In this document: piece by piece, positions 9,320 through 19,191 of the stretch
Position numbering within the stretch: position 1 is the first letter of the stretch
Layout: each line of letters starts with the position of its first letter
Assembly (NCBI GenBank): GCA_050944155.1
Contig: JBMNQN010000005.1
Location: 1 to 64,000, forward strand
Direction: 5' to 3'
DNA: 64,000 nucleotides
Origin: Candidatus Methanomethylophilaceae archaeon
Lineage (GTDB): Archaea > Thermoplasmatota > Thermoplasmata > Methanomassiliicoccales > Methanomethylophilaceae
Made by a program: the position numbers and the translations under genes
Notes under the pieces: generated by a model
What the model saw: the letters and a program-made list of their open reading frames with translations, nothing else
Told to the model about the DNA's origin: nothing
Database searches by the model: none

Positions 9320-11653
9320 ATGGTCGAAAGCCTGATGATCAGACGCGACAGGCCCTACGAACTGAGAGACGTAAAAATCGGGGAAGCATCCGACAAAGAT
9401 CTCGTGAAAATATCGGAAGCCATGTCGCTTAACCTCTCTCTGGAGGAGATGCAGACCATTAAGGAGTATTTTGCCGGCGAAGGAAGGGATCCCACCGACA
9501 TAGAACTGGAATCCCTTGGACAGGCATGGAGCGAACATTGCTGTTACAAAAGTTCCAAAGCCGTGCTGAAAGAGTTCGTTTTCGGCATCGACCGGGACGA
9601 CGTTCTTTCCAGAGGCGACGCCGGCGTGATGGCGTTCGACGACGAATACGGATACGCTCTGAGAATCGAGAGCCACAACCATCCGTCCGCGGTGGAACCT
9701 TACGGGGGAGCCGCCACGGGAATCGGCGGAATCCTAAGGGACGTCGTGTGCATGGGCGCACAGCCCATCGCTCTGGCGGACCCGCTGTGTTTCGGGTACC
9801 CTAACAGAAGGGGAGAACTTCCTCCCGGAACGAAACATCCGAAGTACCTGCTCAGCGGAGTGATTTCCGGAATAAGGGATTACGGAAACAGAGTGGGAAT
9901 CCCCACAATATCCGGAGCTCTGTATTTCGACGAACGCTACACGTCCAACTGTCTCGTAAACGTGGCGTGTCTGGGTCTTGTGAAAAGGGACGAGCTGCAA
10001 GTGAACCGCGCGGGGGGACCCGGAGAGGTTATGATACTCATAGGAGGCCGTACCGGCAGGGACGGAATACACGGAGTCAACTTCGCTTCGAAGGATCTTA
10101 CGGAAACTTCCGACGAAGATTCCCGCGGTGCCGTTCAGCTGGGAGACCCGATCATAAAAGAGCCGGTGATGCACGCCTGCCTGGAAGTGAGTTCCAAGAA
10201 GCTGATTACGGGAATGAAAGATCTGGGAGGCGGAGGTCTGAGCTGCGTCGTGGGCGAAATGGCCCTGGACGCGGGATGCGGAGCCGACGTGAATCTGGAA
10301 AAAGTTCCCCTTAAGGAAACGGGACTCGCTCCGTGGGAAATCTGGGTATCCGAATCCCAGGAACGTATGATGTGTACGTGCAAACCCGAAAACGTGGACG
10401 AAATACTGGCAATATTCGAAGCATGGGACGTCGAAGCTACGCCGGTTGCCGTAACCACGGACACGAAACGCACCCGCATATTCTGGAACGGAGACGAAAT
10501 ATTCGACATGGACCAGAAGTTCCTGACCACCGGTCCGCTTTACCACAGACCCTATACGGAACCGAAAGTTTCCACCCGTGAAGACGAAAGAGACCCGAAA
10601 CTTCCGGACGACCGTACCGTCATTCTCAAACTTTTGGCCGACCCCAACGTCGCTTCCAAAGAGTGGGCGATAAGGCAGTACGATTTCGAAGTGAGAGCTT
10701 CCACCGTGGTTTTCCCGCTGGTGGGCGAAGTCAACGCGGAGGGTCCGGGAGACGCATCGGTTCTCAGACCCGTGCATTCCAGCATGAAAGGACTTGCGGC
10801 GGCCATAGGCTGCAACCCCTGGTTTACATCCCTCGACCCGTACAACGGAGGAATGTCCTCCATGGACGAGGCGTGGAGAAACGTCGTTGCCGTGGGTGCG
10901 ATGCCGCACGCGATGACGGACTGTCTCAACTTCGGAAACCCGGAGAAACCGGACAGGATGGGCGAATTCAGGGAAGCGGTCAGAGGAATCGGCGATTTCG
11001 CAAGGTCGCTCAACATACCCATACCGTCCGGAAACGTGAGTCTGTACAACGAAGCGCCGGACGCGGCGGTTCTTCCCACGCCCATGATAATGTGTACCGG
11101 AATAATGGAGGACGTGTCCAAAGCGGTTACCGCGGATTTCAAGAAATCCGGCAGCAGAATTTATGTCATAGGCGAAACCAAGGACGAAATGGGCGGGTCT
11201 CTGCTTTACAGACTGTTCGGAGGAAAACAGGGCGTCGTTCCCTCGGTGGACACTGAAAACGTAAGAGACCTGACCGAAAAGATACTCAAAGCGATGGACA
11301 GAAGACTCATACTGAGCTGTCACGACTGTTCCGACGGAGGACTGGGCGTGGCGGTGGCGGAAATGTGCATATCCGGTCAGACGGGAGCGGTTCTCGATCT
11401 GAGGGGCATACCCGGAGACCTGTCTCCCCGCAGGAAACTCTATTCGGAAAGCAACACCCGCTGGATTGCGGAAGTCTCCGAGGAAAACGCCGCGGAATTC
11501 GAGAAAATAATGAACGGATCCGCCTACCACATCGGAAAAACCGGAGGAAATTCCCTCAGCATTAGGGATTCCGGAGCGATAATCGACACGGAAGAACTCC
11601 GCAAAGCGTGGAGTAATCCCCTCTGGGACATCATGGGAGGGAAACAGGCATGA
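9320..11653 (+). CDS. purL: FGAM synthase subunit PurL
   Basis: WSEHCCYKSS, ESHNHPS, GAATGIGG, TGRDGIHG, SESQERM, DCLNFGNP, GNVSLYNE, HDCSDGG. Confidence 0.97.
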   Translation: MVESLMIRRDRPYELRDVKIGEASDKDLVKISEAMSLNLSLEEMQTIKEYFAGEGRDPTDIELESLGQAWSEHCCYKSSKAVLKEFVFGIDRDDVLSRGDAGVMAFDDEYGYALRIESHNHPSAVEPYGGAATGIGGILRDVVCMGAQPIALADPLCFGYPNRRGELPPGTKHPKYLLSGVISGIRDYGNRVGIPTISGALYFDERYTSNCLVNVACLGLVKRDELQVNRAGGPGEVMILIGGRTGRDGIHGVNFASKDLTETSDEDSRGAVQLGDPIIKEPVMHACLEVSSKKLITGMKDLGGGGLSCVVGEMALDAGCGADVNLEKVPLKETGLAPWEIWVSESQERMMCTCKPENVDEILAIFEAWDVEATPVAVTTDTKRTRIFWNGDEIFDMDQKFLTTGPLYHRPYTEPKVSTREDERDPKLPDDRTVILKLLADPNVASKEWAIRQYDFEVRASTVVFPLVGEVNAEGPGDASVLRPVHSSMKGLAAAIGCNPWFTSLDPYNGGMSSMDEAWRNVVAVGAMPHAMTDCLNFGNPEKPDRMGEFREAVRGIGDFARSLNIPIPSGNVSLYNEAPDAAVLPTPMIMCTGIMEDVSKAVTADFKKSGSRIYVIGETKDEMGGSLLYRLFGGKQGVVPSVDTENVRDLTEKILKAMDRRLILSCHDCSDGGLGVAVAEMCISGQTGAVLDLRGIPGDLSPRRKLYSESNTRWIAEVSEENAAEFEKIMNGSAYHIGKTGGNSLSIRDSGAIIDTEELRKAWSNPLWDIMGGKQA

Positions 11654-12462
11654 AACCCGAAGACGTCAGAGTATGCGTGATGAGAATCGAAGGCACCAAC
11701 TGCGAAGAGGAGATGGCCGAAGCCTTCAGAACGGTGGGCGCATCCGCCGAAATGGTACATCTTAAACAGATGGAGAAAAACCCTCCCGCGGGACGCGGAA
11801 GGAGTCTGGAAGACTACGACATATTGGCGTTCCCCGGAGGCTTCTCCGCAGGCGATTACGTCAGAGCGGGAGCCATATTCGCCGCAAGGATGAAAAGTTC
11901 CGTCGGAAAACAGATAAAGGACTTCGTGGAAGCCGGAAAGCCCGTACTGGGAGTGTGCAACGGATTCCAGATTCTTGTGGAGCTGGGTCTTCTTCCCGCG
12001 ATGGACGAAACCATGTCCGAAGTGCCTACGGCTTCCCTGTACACCAACGATTCGGGAAGATTCGAATGCAGGTCCACGGTTCTCAGGAACGAAAGCCGCG
12101 GAAAATGCATTTTCGTTTCGGAAGTTCCCAAAAAAGGACTGCTCAGGCTTCCTGTCGCCCATGCCGAAGGAAAACTCATGAGCAGCGACCCCGATTTCAT
12201 ACAGAAACTGGAGGATAACGATCAGATTGTATTCCGCTACGTGAATCCGGACGGAAGTCCCGCGGTGTATCCGTGGAACCCCAACGGCTCTCCCACAGGC
12301 ATAGCGGGAATATGCAACCCCGCCGGAAACGTACTGGGTATGATGCCCCATCCGGAAAGGGTGATGACCCGCTACACCCGTCCCGACTGGACCCGCAACC
12401 CCGGTCCGGAAGAGGGAGACGGAATACAGATTTTCAGGTCCGTAATGAAAAATCTGAGATAA
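11650..12462 (+). CDS. purQ: FGAM synthase glutaminase subunit PurQ
   Basis: GTNCE, PGGFSAGDY, GVCNGFQ, AHAEG, NPNGS, MMPHPER. Confidence 0.97.
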   Translation: MKPEDVRVCVMRIEGTNCEEEMAEAFRTVGASAEMVHLKQMEKNPPAGRGRSLEDYDILAFPGGFSAGDYVRAGAIFAARMKSSVGKQIKDFVEAGKPVLGVCNGFQILVELGLLPAMDETMSEVPTASLYTNDSGRFECRSTVLRNESRGKCIFVSEVPKKGLLRLPVAHAEGKLMSSDPDFIQKLEDNDQIVFRYVNPDGSPAVYPWNPNGSPTGIAGICNPAGNVLGMMPHPERVMTRYTRPDWTRNPGPEEGDGIQIFRSVMKNLR

Positions 12463-12463
12463 A

Positions 12464-13117
12464 TCAGATGTTTATGCGGATCTCGATGGGATCTCCGTCG
12501 TTAAGACCCAGCGTACGCCTCAGGTGATACTCGCATATCACTTCGATAGTGTCCGAATAGTGGGACCTTTCGGGAGCCACCACGGCGCAGTTCTTGTTGC
12601 GTATCTTCGCTTTGTATGCCAGAACGTTTCCGAAAGTTCTTCCGTCCCTCTCGAAACCGTTTATGAGCTGTCCGGAGTTTCTGAGTATTTCCAGCTTGCT
12701 CACGTCTTCTTTGTCCACGAGAATGTTGAGTGTTCCCTCGAAAGGATAGAATCCCAGTTTGCTGCGGAACTGTTCCATGTACTCAGGCTGGCATATGTAG
12801 TATCCGCCCTCTCCCATTCCCGGAGTGACCTTACCTTTGAGAAGTATGTGGTCCGTCAGTTCGAATAACCTGCGGTAATCAGTATATTCTTTTTTCAGTT
12901 CGTCGATCCCCCTCTGAGTGAGTTTGATACGCTGCCTTCTCGCGCCGAGGTCGCGCAGAATGAGTTTGTTGTCCAGCAGCTCCAAAATGCGCTTGGACGC
13001 AGACTGCTGGCTCATGCCCAGCGCATCGCCCAGCTCTCTGGAGGAAATCACGATGTAGTCGTCCATTCCTCCGAGAAGGGCAATCCGCTTCAGTGCGAAT
13101 ATGTACTTTTCGTCCAC
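12464..13117 (-). CDS. ribK: CTP-dependent riboflavin kinase with N-terminal wHTH (RbkR-like)
   Basis: HTH (SSRELGDALGMSQQSASKR) followed by GMGEGGYY, PFEGTLN, PERSHY and LRRTLGL. Confidence 0.92.
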   Translation of the reverse strand: MDEKYIFALKRIALLGGMDDYIVISSRELGDALGMSQQSASKRILELLDNKLILRDLGARRQRIKLTQRGIDELKKEYTDYRRLFELTDHILLKGKVTPGMGEGGYYICQPEYMEQFRSKLGFYPFEGTLNILVDKEDVSKLEILRNSGQLINGFERDGRTFGNVLAYKAKIRNKNCAVVAPERSHYSDTIEVICEYHLRRTLGLNDGDPIEIRINI

Positions 13118-13170
13118 GTCCGTTTATGTTCTGCCAGGGTTATAAACATACTGGCTTTTTTGTAGATACC

Positions 13171-13188
13171 GCATATTAAGTAATATGC
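13171..13188. promoter_or_regulatory. Perfect inverted repeat upstream of ribK (candidate operator)
   Basis: GCATATTA-AG-TAATATGC, about 25 nt upstream of the minus-strand TTTATAA box (13140-13146) of ribK. Confidence 0.45.
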
Positions 13189-13221
13189 TCGGCCGGAAAA
13201 CGGAACGGAATTTCCGTCTTT

Positions 13222-13590
13222 TCAGGCGAGTCTGTCGGTACTGATCCAGCGTCCGGTTCTTGCGTTGGCGGCGATGAATATGACGGCTACTCCGATAACC
13301 GTCAGTATCGCTCCGATCCAGACATTGAGCGATCCGTAGATGACCGCGCCTATGGCGGAGGCGGTGGCAAGAGCGGCAAGGAAAACCGCGGATCCCCAGT
13401 TGCCCGGGCCGTGGTTCCAGAACATACCGCCGGCGGCGAAGAACAGAACGGAAACAAGCATGTTTACGCACGTACCGACTATTGCCGCGGTTTCGAAATC
13501 GAACGCGTCAATTATGCCTATGAAGGCTATGATTCCGCCGATAATGCCTAGCGCAAAACCTTTTTTCACGATTTTGGGTCTGTCTGTCAT
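13222..13590 (-). CDS. Small integral membrane protein (about 4 TM)
   Basis: Four hydrophobic segments; GGGGGT RBS-like sequence upstream. Confidence 0.7.
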   Translation of the reverse strand: MTDRPKIVKKGFALGIIGGIIAFIGIIDAFDFETAAIVGTCVNMLVSVLFFAAGGMFWNHGPGNWGSAVFLAALATASAIGAVIYGSLNVWIGAILTVIGVAVIFIAANARTGRWISTDRLA

Positions 13591-13631
13591 ATCTGTACCC
13601 CCGTAATCCGTCTTAATCTATATATGTTGGT

Positions 13632-14210
13632 TTACTCGGTAAAGCCCTTTACGCATCTGAGTGCGGTCCAGATCAGCACTCCGAGTATCTCGGCCATCTG
13701 AACTTTTGCGTCTGCGTGCGTGATGTAGGACGCAGCCATCATCGCGATGATAATCAAAGTGACGGAACCCCATACCATGTGGCGGTTCTTTCCGAAATCG
13801 TCAATCAGCGATGCAATCATGGCTGCGGCGAAAGAGAAGCATGCCAGAATGGCCGCATACGTGTGGATGTTTTCTCCGTGGTCGAAGAATCCGATCCATA
13901 CCATCGTTATTCCCGCTACGAGCAGCAACACTCCTTCGGCAGTTCTGGCGTAACGGCCTTCTCCGCCGGTTATCTTGCCTATCGAAGAAATCGCAAGGAG
14001 TATTCCGGAAGCGGCAAGTCCGAATACCAGATAGTTTCCGGAATCGGATGTTCTGAGCACATGAATCATGTCCTCTCCGAAAATCCACGAGGCGTTGTCG
14101 GCAATGGCAAAAAGCCATGCGATAAGGAATGTGAATACGGCTATTATTCCGAGCATCGGATAAAACGCGCTGCTCTTTTTCTCTGAATTCATAACACACG
14201 AATTAGTCAA
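13632..14210 (-). CDS. DUF998-like integral membrane protein (about 6 TM)
   Basis: Hydrophobic helices, W.FG motif and a His (IHTYAA) after the third helix. Start may be 14192. Confidence 0.65.
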   Translation of the reverse strand: MTNSCVMNSEKKSSAFYPMLGIIAVFTFLIAWLFAIADNASWIFGEDMIHVLRTSDSGNYLVFGLAASGILLAISSIGKITGGEGRYARTAEGVLLLVAGITMVWIGFFDHGENIHTYAAILACFSFAAAMIASLIDDFGKNRHMVWGSVTLIIIAMMAASYITHADAKVQMAEILGVLIWTALRCVKGFTE

Positions 14211-14321
14211 CGGGTTAATAACGGTAATCCCCGTTCAGCCCGCGGAACCCCTTTCCGCGGGACCGTCCGGCACGTTTCGGAGAAGAGCATCCTTAAATCG
14301 GGCGACGGTGTGTACGCAGGT

Positions 14322-15086
14322 ATGAAGAACATCTTTTTCGTCGGAACCGCGGGATGCGGAAAAAGCACCCTTGTCGCTTCCTACAAGAACTGGCTCGACG
14401 AGAGGGGCATCGATTCGCTGGTACTGAATCTGGATCCCGGAAGCGATGCGCTGCCTTACGTTCCGGACGTGGACATACGGGAATGGGTGAACACGGCAGA
14501 AGTGATGGAAGAGTACGGTCTGGGGCCCAACGGAGCGCAGGTGGTCGCGGCGGACCTTATGGCCATGAACATTTCGAAGATGACCGATATCGTGAATTCC
14601 ATGAGTTCCGATTATCTCCTGATAGACACTCCCGGACAGCTGGAACTGTTTTCCTTCAGAGAGTCTTCGAAAATAATCGTCGAAGCTTTCGGCACGGCGA
14701 ATTCCATGCTGTTTTATCTCTCGGACCCGAGTCTGTGCAAAGAAGCCAACGGTTTCGTCACGTCCATGATGCTGTCCGCGCTGGTTCAGTTCAGACTGAA
14801 TCTTCCCACGTTCGGCATTCTTTCCAAAGCCGACACCCTCTCCGACGAAGAACTCGAGAGAATCGAGACCTGGTTTTCGGATTCCGATTCCCTGTACTAT
14901 GCGCTGTGCGAAAGCGGGCACGACTCCCGTACGGTGGTTGGGGCGGAACTTTTCAAGGCAGTCGAAAACATAGGTCTGTTCGGTGAAATCAGAGCGGTTT
15001 CCGCGCAGGAAGCCTCCGGTCTCGAAGAGCTCTACGGAGCGATACAGCTGTGCTTTTTCGCCGGCGAGGACGCGGAAGACCTCTGA
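14322..15086 (+). CDS. GPN-loop GTPase
   Basis: GTAGCGKST, NLDPG, YGLGPNGA, IDTPGQLELF, SKAD. Confidence 0.93.
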   Translation: MKNIFFVGTAGCGKSTLVASYKNWLDERGIDSLVLNLDPGSDALPYVPDVDIREWVNTAEVMEEYGLGPNGAQVVAADLMAMNISKMTDIVNSMSSDYLLIDTPGQLELFSFRESSKIIVEAFGTANSMLFYLSDPSLCKEANGFVTSMMLSALVQFRLNLPTFGILSKADTLSDEELERIETWFSDSDSLYYALCESGHDSRTVVGAELFKAVENIGLFGEIRAVSAQEASGLEELYGAIQLCFFAGEDAEDL

Positions 15087-16304
15087 TCATCCGAACATAT
15101 ATGCCGGGGCGGCTCTGACTTTGTTGCGCCCGACATCCATGACCTTGTCCTTTCCTCTCATGAAGTCGCTCATGGTGACGGTGTCGCGGCCGTCTCTGAT
15201 GGCGAGCATGCCCGCTTCGGTGCATATGCTTTTGATTTCGGCACCGGACGCGGTATCGGTGGTTTCCGCGAGCAGTTTTATATCCACGTCGTCGGCGATA
15301 TTCATGCCGGAAGTGTGTATCCTGAAAATCTGAATCCTTCCGTCGACGTCCGGAAGACCCACGTCGATTATGCGGTCGAACCTTCCGGGTCTGAGCAGAG
15401 CGTCGTCGAGAATGTCGGGACGGTTTGTCGCCCCTATGATTTTCACGTCTCCGGTGGGTTTGAATCCGTCGAGCTCCGCAAGCAGCTGCATAAGGGTTCT
15501 CTGAACCTCTCTGTCTCCGGACGTTGCCGCATCGAGTCTCTTGGCACCCACGGAGTCGAGTTCGTCGATGAAGATTATGCTGGGAGCCTTTTCCCTGGCG
15601 AGTTCGAAGAGTTCGCGGACGAGTCTGGCACCTTCTCCGATGTACTTCTGCACGAGCTCGGAACCCACGAGTCTGATGAATGCCGCGTCGGTGGCGTTGG
15701 CGACGGCTTTGGCCATGAGCGTTTTTCCCGTTCCGGGGGGACCCACGAGAAGAACTCCCTTGGGCGGTTCTATGCCGACCTTTTCGTAAAGTTCGGGCCT
15801 CAGGAGAGGGTCTTCGACGGCTTCGCGCAGTTCGATCATCTGCTGGCTCAGTCCGCCTATGTCTTCGTAGGTAATGTCGGGCTTTTCGATTATTTCGGCA
15901 CCCGTAACTATCGGATCGAGGGATGCGGGAAGAACGTTCATCAGCACGAGAGTCTGCTTGTTTAGTGCAACTCTGGCACCCACTATCAGGTCTTCTTTGG
16001 GAACGTATTCGGAAACCCCGACCACGAAGTCGGGGCCGGTGGAACTTTTTACGGCGACCCTGCCGTCGGGCAGTATGTCCTTCAGAGTTCCGATTATGAG
16101 CGGAGGGCTTCTGAGCCTTTCCAGTTCGGTTCGGACACGGGCAAGGTCTTTCTGGAGTCTGAAGAGCTCGCTGTCCGAGAACCGTTTTTCGTTTTCGGCG
16201 TTCTGAAGATCCTCCATCAAGCGGACGTTTCTCTCTTCCAGCGACACTATCTTCGCCTTGAGTTCCGCAGTCTGTTCTTCGCCCTGGTTAGCCATCTCTA
16301 TCAT
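15087..16304 (-). CDS. pan: Proteasome-activating nucleotidase
   Basis: Coiled coil, OB fold (VKSSTGP), GPPGTGKT, LVQKYIGEG, IDELD, RPGRFDR; ends in an HbYX-like MFG. Start may be 16295. Confidence 0.96.
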   Translation of the reverse strand: MIEMANQGEEQTAELKAKIVSLEERNVRLMEDLQNAENEKRFSDSELFRLQKDLARVRTELERLRSPPLIIGTLKDILPDGRVAVKSSTGPDFVVGVSEYVPKEDLIVGARVALNKQTLVLMNVLPASLDPIVTGAEIIEKPDITYEDIGGLSQQMIELREAVEDPLLRPELYEKVGIEPPKGVLLVGPPGTGKTLMAKAVANATDAAFIRLVGSELVQKYIGEGARLVRELFELAREKAPSIIFIDELDSVGAKRLDAATSGDREVQRTLMQLLAELDGFKPTGDVKIIGATNRPDILDDALLRPGRFDRIIDVGLPDVDGRIQIFRIHTSGMNIADDVDIKLLAETTDTASGAEIKSICTEAGMLAIRDGRDTVTMSDFMRGKDKVMDVGRNKVRAAPAYMFG

Positions 16305-16401
16305 CGGGGTTTATGCGCTCCGTCTTTATTACGTTTCGTCTTTGACGAATTTTTCGTCAGGACGGCGGATATTAATATACGCCTTACTTTTAGAACAACC
16401 G

Positions 16402-16908
16402 ATGCTTTGCGAAATGTGCGGAAAGAAAGTGCCGTTTACGAAAACGGTAATCGTAGCCGGAGCCAAGATGGACGTTTGTACGGACTGTGCCAAGTTCGGC
16501 GACGACTACAAAGCCTCCTCCCAGGGCGCTTCCGCAGGCCCGTCCACCGGAGGCAGCAGAACCGTCATAGCCCAGAGGCTGGAAAAAAGAGAAAGGCGCA
16601 TGGGAACCCGCGACGTTTACGCGGAAGCCAAAACCGTGGAAGTAAGAGGCGATTACGCTAAAATAATCCGCGAGGCCAGGGAAGCCAAGGGCATGGATCT
16701 CGAACAGTTTTCGGACTCCATAAGCGAGAAAAAGGGAACCATAGCAAAAATCGAAGCGGGAAAACTGATTCCGGACGACAAATTGGCCAAAAAAATCGAA
16801 AAAGCGCTGGATGTCGTTCTTCTGGAAGCGGTTTCTTCGGGAGTCGTTTCGGGAACTGGAAGGTCTTCCGGAAAAATGACTCTGGGAGATTTCATCAAAA
16901 AGGAATGA
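16402..16908 (+). CDS. Archaeal multiprotein bridging factor aMBF1
   Basis: CEMCG...CTDC Zn ribbon, Cro-type HTH and C-terminal TLGDFI; next to pan, a known linkage. Confidence 0.92.
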   Translation: MLCEMCGKKVPFTKTVIVAGAKMDVCTDCAKFGDDYKASSQGASAGPSTGGSRTVIAQRLEKRERRMGTRDVYAEAKTVEVRGDYAKIIREAREAKGMDLEQFSDSISEKKGTIAKIEAGKLIPDDKLAKKIEKALDVVLLEAVSSGVVSGTGRSSGKMTLGDFIKKE

Positions 16909-16910
16909 AA

Positions 16911-17384
16911 TCACTTGGAAATCACGGTTTCTTTTACCGTTTCGTAAAGACCGGAAACGTCCGCGCCCGCATCCCTCAGGACCAGCAGTCCCGCGACTTC
17001 GATGTCAATCTCCAGGTCTTTCTGCAGCATGTTGCAGGCGGCGATGAAACTCTTCTTTTTCATTCCCGCTTTTTCCGCGGCGACGATCATCTCCGGGAAA
17101 ACGTTCTTTTTTTCCGAGGGAGGTTTTCCGAGGGACGCCACGAGATCTTTGGAGGGACGGTACGCTACGGGCAGTTCGGAAGTAAATTCCCGTGCCGGGC
17201 GGAGATAACCGTCCTTTCTTTCCAGAATACCGGAGGAAACCATCGCCGCGATGAGTTTTTTGGCGTCTTCGCCGGACATCCATCTGTAATCCAAAGAAAC
17301 GGTCATGACGAATTCGGTTTCCGTAACCACGTCTTTTCCCTTGTTTCGGAAGAAGGTGGCCGCACAGATCTCCAGCTCGGACAT
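16911..17384 (-). CDS. DUF2240-like protein
   Basis: FRNKGK...EFVMTVSLDYRWMS...AKKLI pattern of archaeal DUF2240. Confidence 0.75.
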   Translation of the reverse strand: MSELEICAATFFRNKGKDVVTETEFVMTVSLDYRWMSGEDAKKLIAAMVSSGILERKDGYLRPAREFTSELPVAYRPSKDLVASLGKPPSEKKNVFPEMIVAAEKAGMKKKSFIAACNMLQKDLEIDIEVAGLLVLRDAGADVSGLYETVKETVISK

Positions 17385-17532
17385 ACGGCCGTTATGTATG
17401 CGTCCGAAATAATAAACTTGCTCCCTCGCGCGCGTTGTTTGATTTCCACTAACTAAAAAAATAAGGAAACGTGCATTTTCGCGAAAGCTTTATATCGGCG
17501 GTCCCGATAGAGGGACATTCCCCGTGGTGACC

Positions 17533-17703
17533 ATGAAATACACCAGATTTGAAAAAGCAAGAATTATCGGTTCGAGAGCTCTGCAGATAGCGTTCGGTGC
17601 ACCCGTGCTCATAGATTATCCTGCGGACATGATCGACCCCATCGACGTAGCTCTGATGGAATTCGAAAAAGACCTGGTCCCCATAACGGTGGTCAGGAAC
17701 TGA
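17533..17703 (+). CDS. rpoK: RNA polymerase subunit K (Rpo6), 56 aa; absent from the ORF track
   Basis: Hand translation: [56 protein letters not shown]. Confidence 0.95.
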   Translation: MKYTRFEKARIIGSRALQIAFGAPVLIDYPADMIDPIDVALMEFEKDLVPITVVRN

Positions 17704-17715
17704 GAGGCAATTCAC

Positions 17716-18336
17716 ATGAGCGAAGACAGTGTCGAAATCCAAACAGAACTCCTGGTGCCCGAGGACATATACCTCACATCCGGAGTCCACATAGGAACGC
17801 AGCAGAAAAGCGCCGACATGAAAGATTTTATTTTCAAAGTCAGATCCGACGGCCTGTACGTTCTCAACGTCCAGAAAACCGACGACAGGGTCAGGGTTGC
17901 GGCGGCCATGCTTGCCCGTTTCGATCCCAAGAAAATACTCGTCGTGTCCGCGAGACAGTACGGACAGAGGCCTGCCAGGGAATTTTCCAAAGCGATAGGC
18001 GCTCCCGCGTTCGCCGGACGTTTCGTTCCCGGTACTCTTACCAACCCGGTAAGTCCCGCGTACATCGAGCCCGACGTCATTCTTGTGACCGACCCCGCGG
18101 CGGACAAACAGGCGCTCAACGAAGCGATTAACCTGGGCATACCCGTCATCGCAATGTGCGACGCGAACAACGAGACCCGCAACGTCGATCTGATCATACC
18201 CACCAACAACAAGGGAAGGCGCGCTCTCGCCTGCATATACTGGGTCCTTGCCAGGCAGGTACTCGTCGAGCGCGGAGATCTCAAAGACCCCGCGGACTTC
18301 AAGCTGGAAATCGAAGACTTCGAAGCCAAGCTCTGA
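17716..18336 (+). CDS. rps2: 30S ribosomal protein S2
   Basis: [42 protein letters not shown]. Confidence 0.97.
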   Translation: MSEDSVEIQTELLVPEDIYLTSGVHIGTQQKSADMKDFIFKVRSDGLYVLNVQKTDDRVRVAAAMLARFDPKKILVVSARQYGQRPAREFSKAIGAPAFAGRFVPGTLTNPVSPAYIEPDVILVTDPAADKQALNEAINLGIPVIAMCDANNETRNVDLIIPTNNKGRRALACIYWVLARQVLVERGDLKDPADFKLEIEDFEAKL

Positions 18337-18343
18337 AGCGAAA

Positions 18344-18375
18344 CTCTTTCCCTTTCAACCCCCTTACCTTTTTTC
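18344..18375 (+). terminator. Pyrimidine/oligo-T tract after rps2 (archaeal-type terminator)
   Basis: CTCTTTCCCTTTCAACCCCCTTACCTTTTTTC directly after the stop codon. Confidence 0.45.
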
Positions 18376-19191
18376 ATGAGGTATCCGGCAGTAGCGGGCA
18401 GATTCTATCCTTCGGGCAGAGAGGAACTTATCGAAAGCATAGAGGAATGTTTCCGCCACAGGCTGGGTCCCGGCATGCCCGGTCCGGAAGGAAACACAAG
18501 AAAAATCGTTGCAGCGGTGTCCCCCCACGCCGGATACATGGCGTCGGGAATGAACGCTGCGCACCTTTACAAAAAAATCAAAGAGGACGGTCTGCCTGAG
18601 TTTTACGTCATAATCGGTCCGGACCATCACGGGGTTCCGTACGATGCCGTGATGTGTTCGGACGAATACCTGACTCCGCTGGGTCCGTGCAAAATAGAAA
18701 AAGACGTGGCGTCGGAACTTGCGGAATACATTCCCGACAGTCCCCGCGCCCACATGCTGGAACATTCAGTGGAGGTGCAGGTGCCGTTCATACAGTACAT
18801 CGATCCCGACCCGCACATCATCCCTGTCATACTTTCCCGTCAGGATTCCCGTACCGCCGGCGTTCTTGCCGATATACTGTCCCGGGTATGCGCGGGAAGG
18901 GACTGCATAATCATCGCTTCCAGCGACCTTTCCCATTACATACCCAAGGGAAGAGCAGCATCCGAAGGTTCTTTGGTTCTGGAAAAAATCAAAGCCCTGG
19001 ATGCCGAGGGGGTTATCGAAACGGTAAGGAAAAACGGAATATCCGCCTGCGGCTACGGCCCCATATCCGCTGCAATCAGAGCTTCCGCTCCGTCCGAAGC
19101 GGAATTGCTGAAATATTCCGATTCCCACGATGCTCTCGGCGGAAGTTCCAACGAGGTTGTGGGATACGCGTCGGTCGCGATGTACCGCTGA
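18376..19191 (+). CDS. MEMO1 family protein (AmmeMemoRadiSam protein B)
   Basis: RYPAVAGRFYP, PHAGYMASG, EHSVEVQVPF, ASSDLSHY, CGYGP, VVGYAS. Confidence 0.93.
   Translation: MRYPAVAGRFYPSGREELIESIEECFRHRLGPGMPGPEGNTRKIVAAVSPHAGYMASGMNAAHLYKKIKEDGLPEFYVIIGPDHHGVPYDAVMCSDEYLTPLGPCKIEKDVASELAEYIPDSPRAHMLEHSVEVQVPFIQYIDPDPHIIPVILSRQDSRTAGVLADILSRVCAGRDCIIIASSDLSHYIPKGRAASEGSLVLEKIKALDAEGVIETVRKNGISACGYGPISAAIRASAPSEAELLKYSDSHDALGGSSNEVVGYASVAMYR

Noticed and set aside
9734-11530. Long antisense ORFs (598 aa here; also 7123-8832, 25200-27071, 33106-34695 and 50320-52521)
   Set aside because: They are shadow frames opposite well-conserved genes and show no recognisable motifs. They are expected when TTA/CTA/TCA codons are rare on the sense strand.
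14209-14261. Hairpins CCCGCGGAA-N5-TTCCGCGGG and AACGGG...CCCGTT; possible NrpR site
   Set aside because: The GGAA-TTCC spacing is 5 nt rather than 6, and the flanking genes are not nitrogen-related. I could not assign a function.
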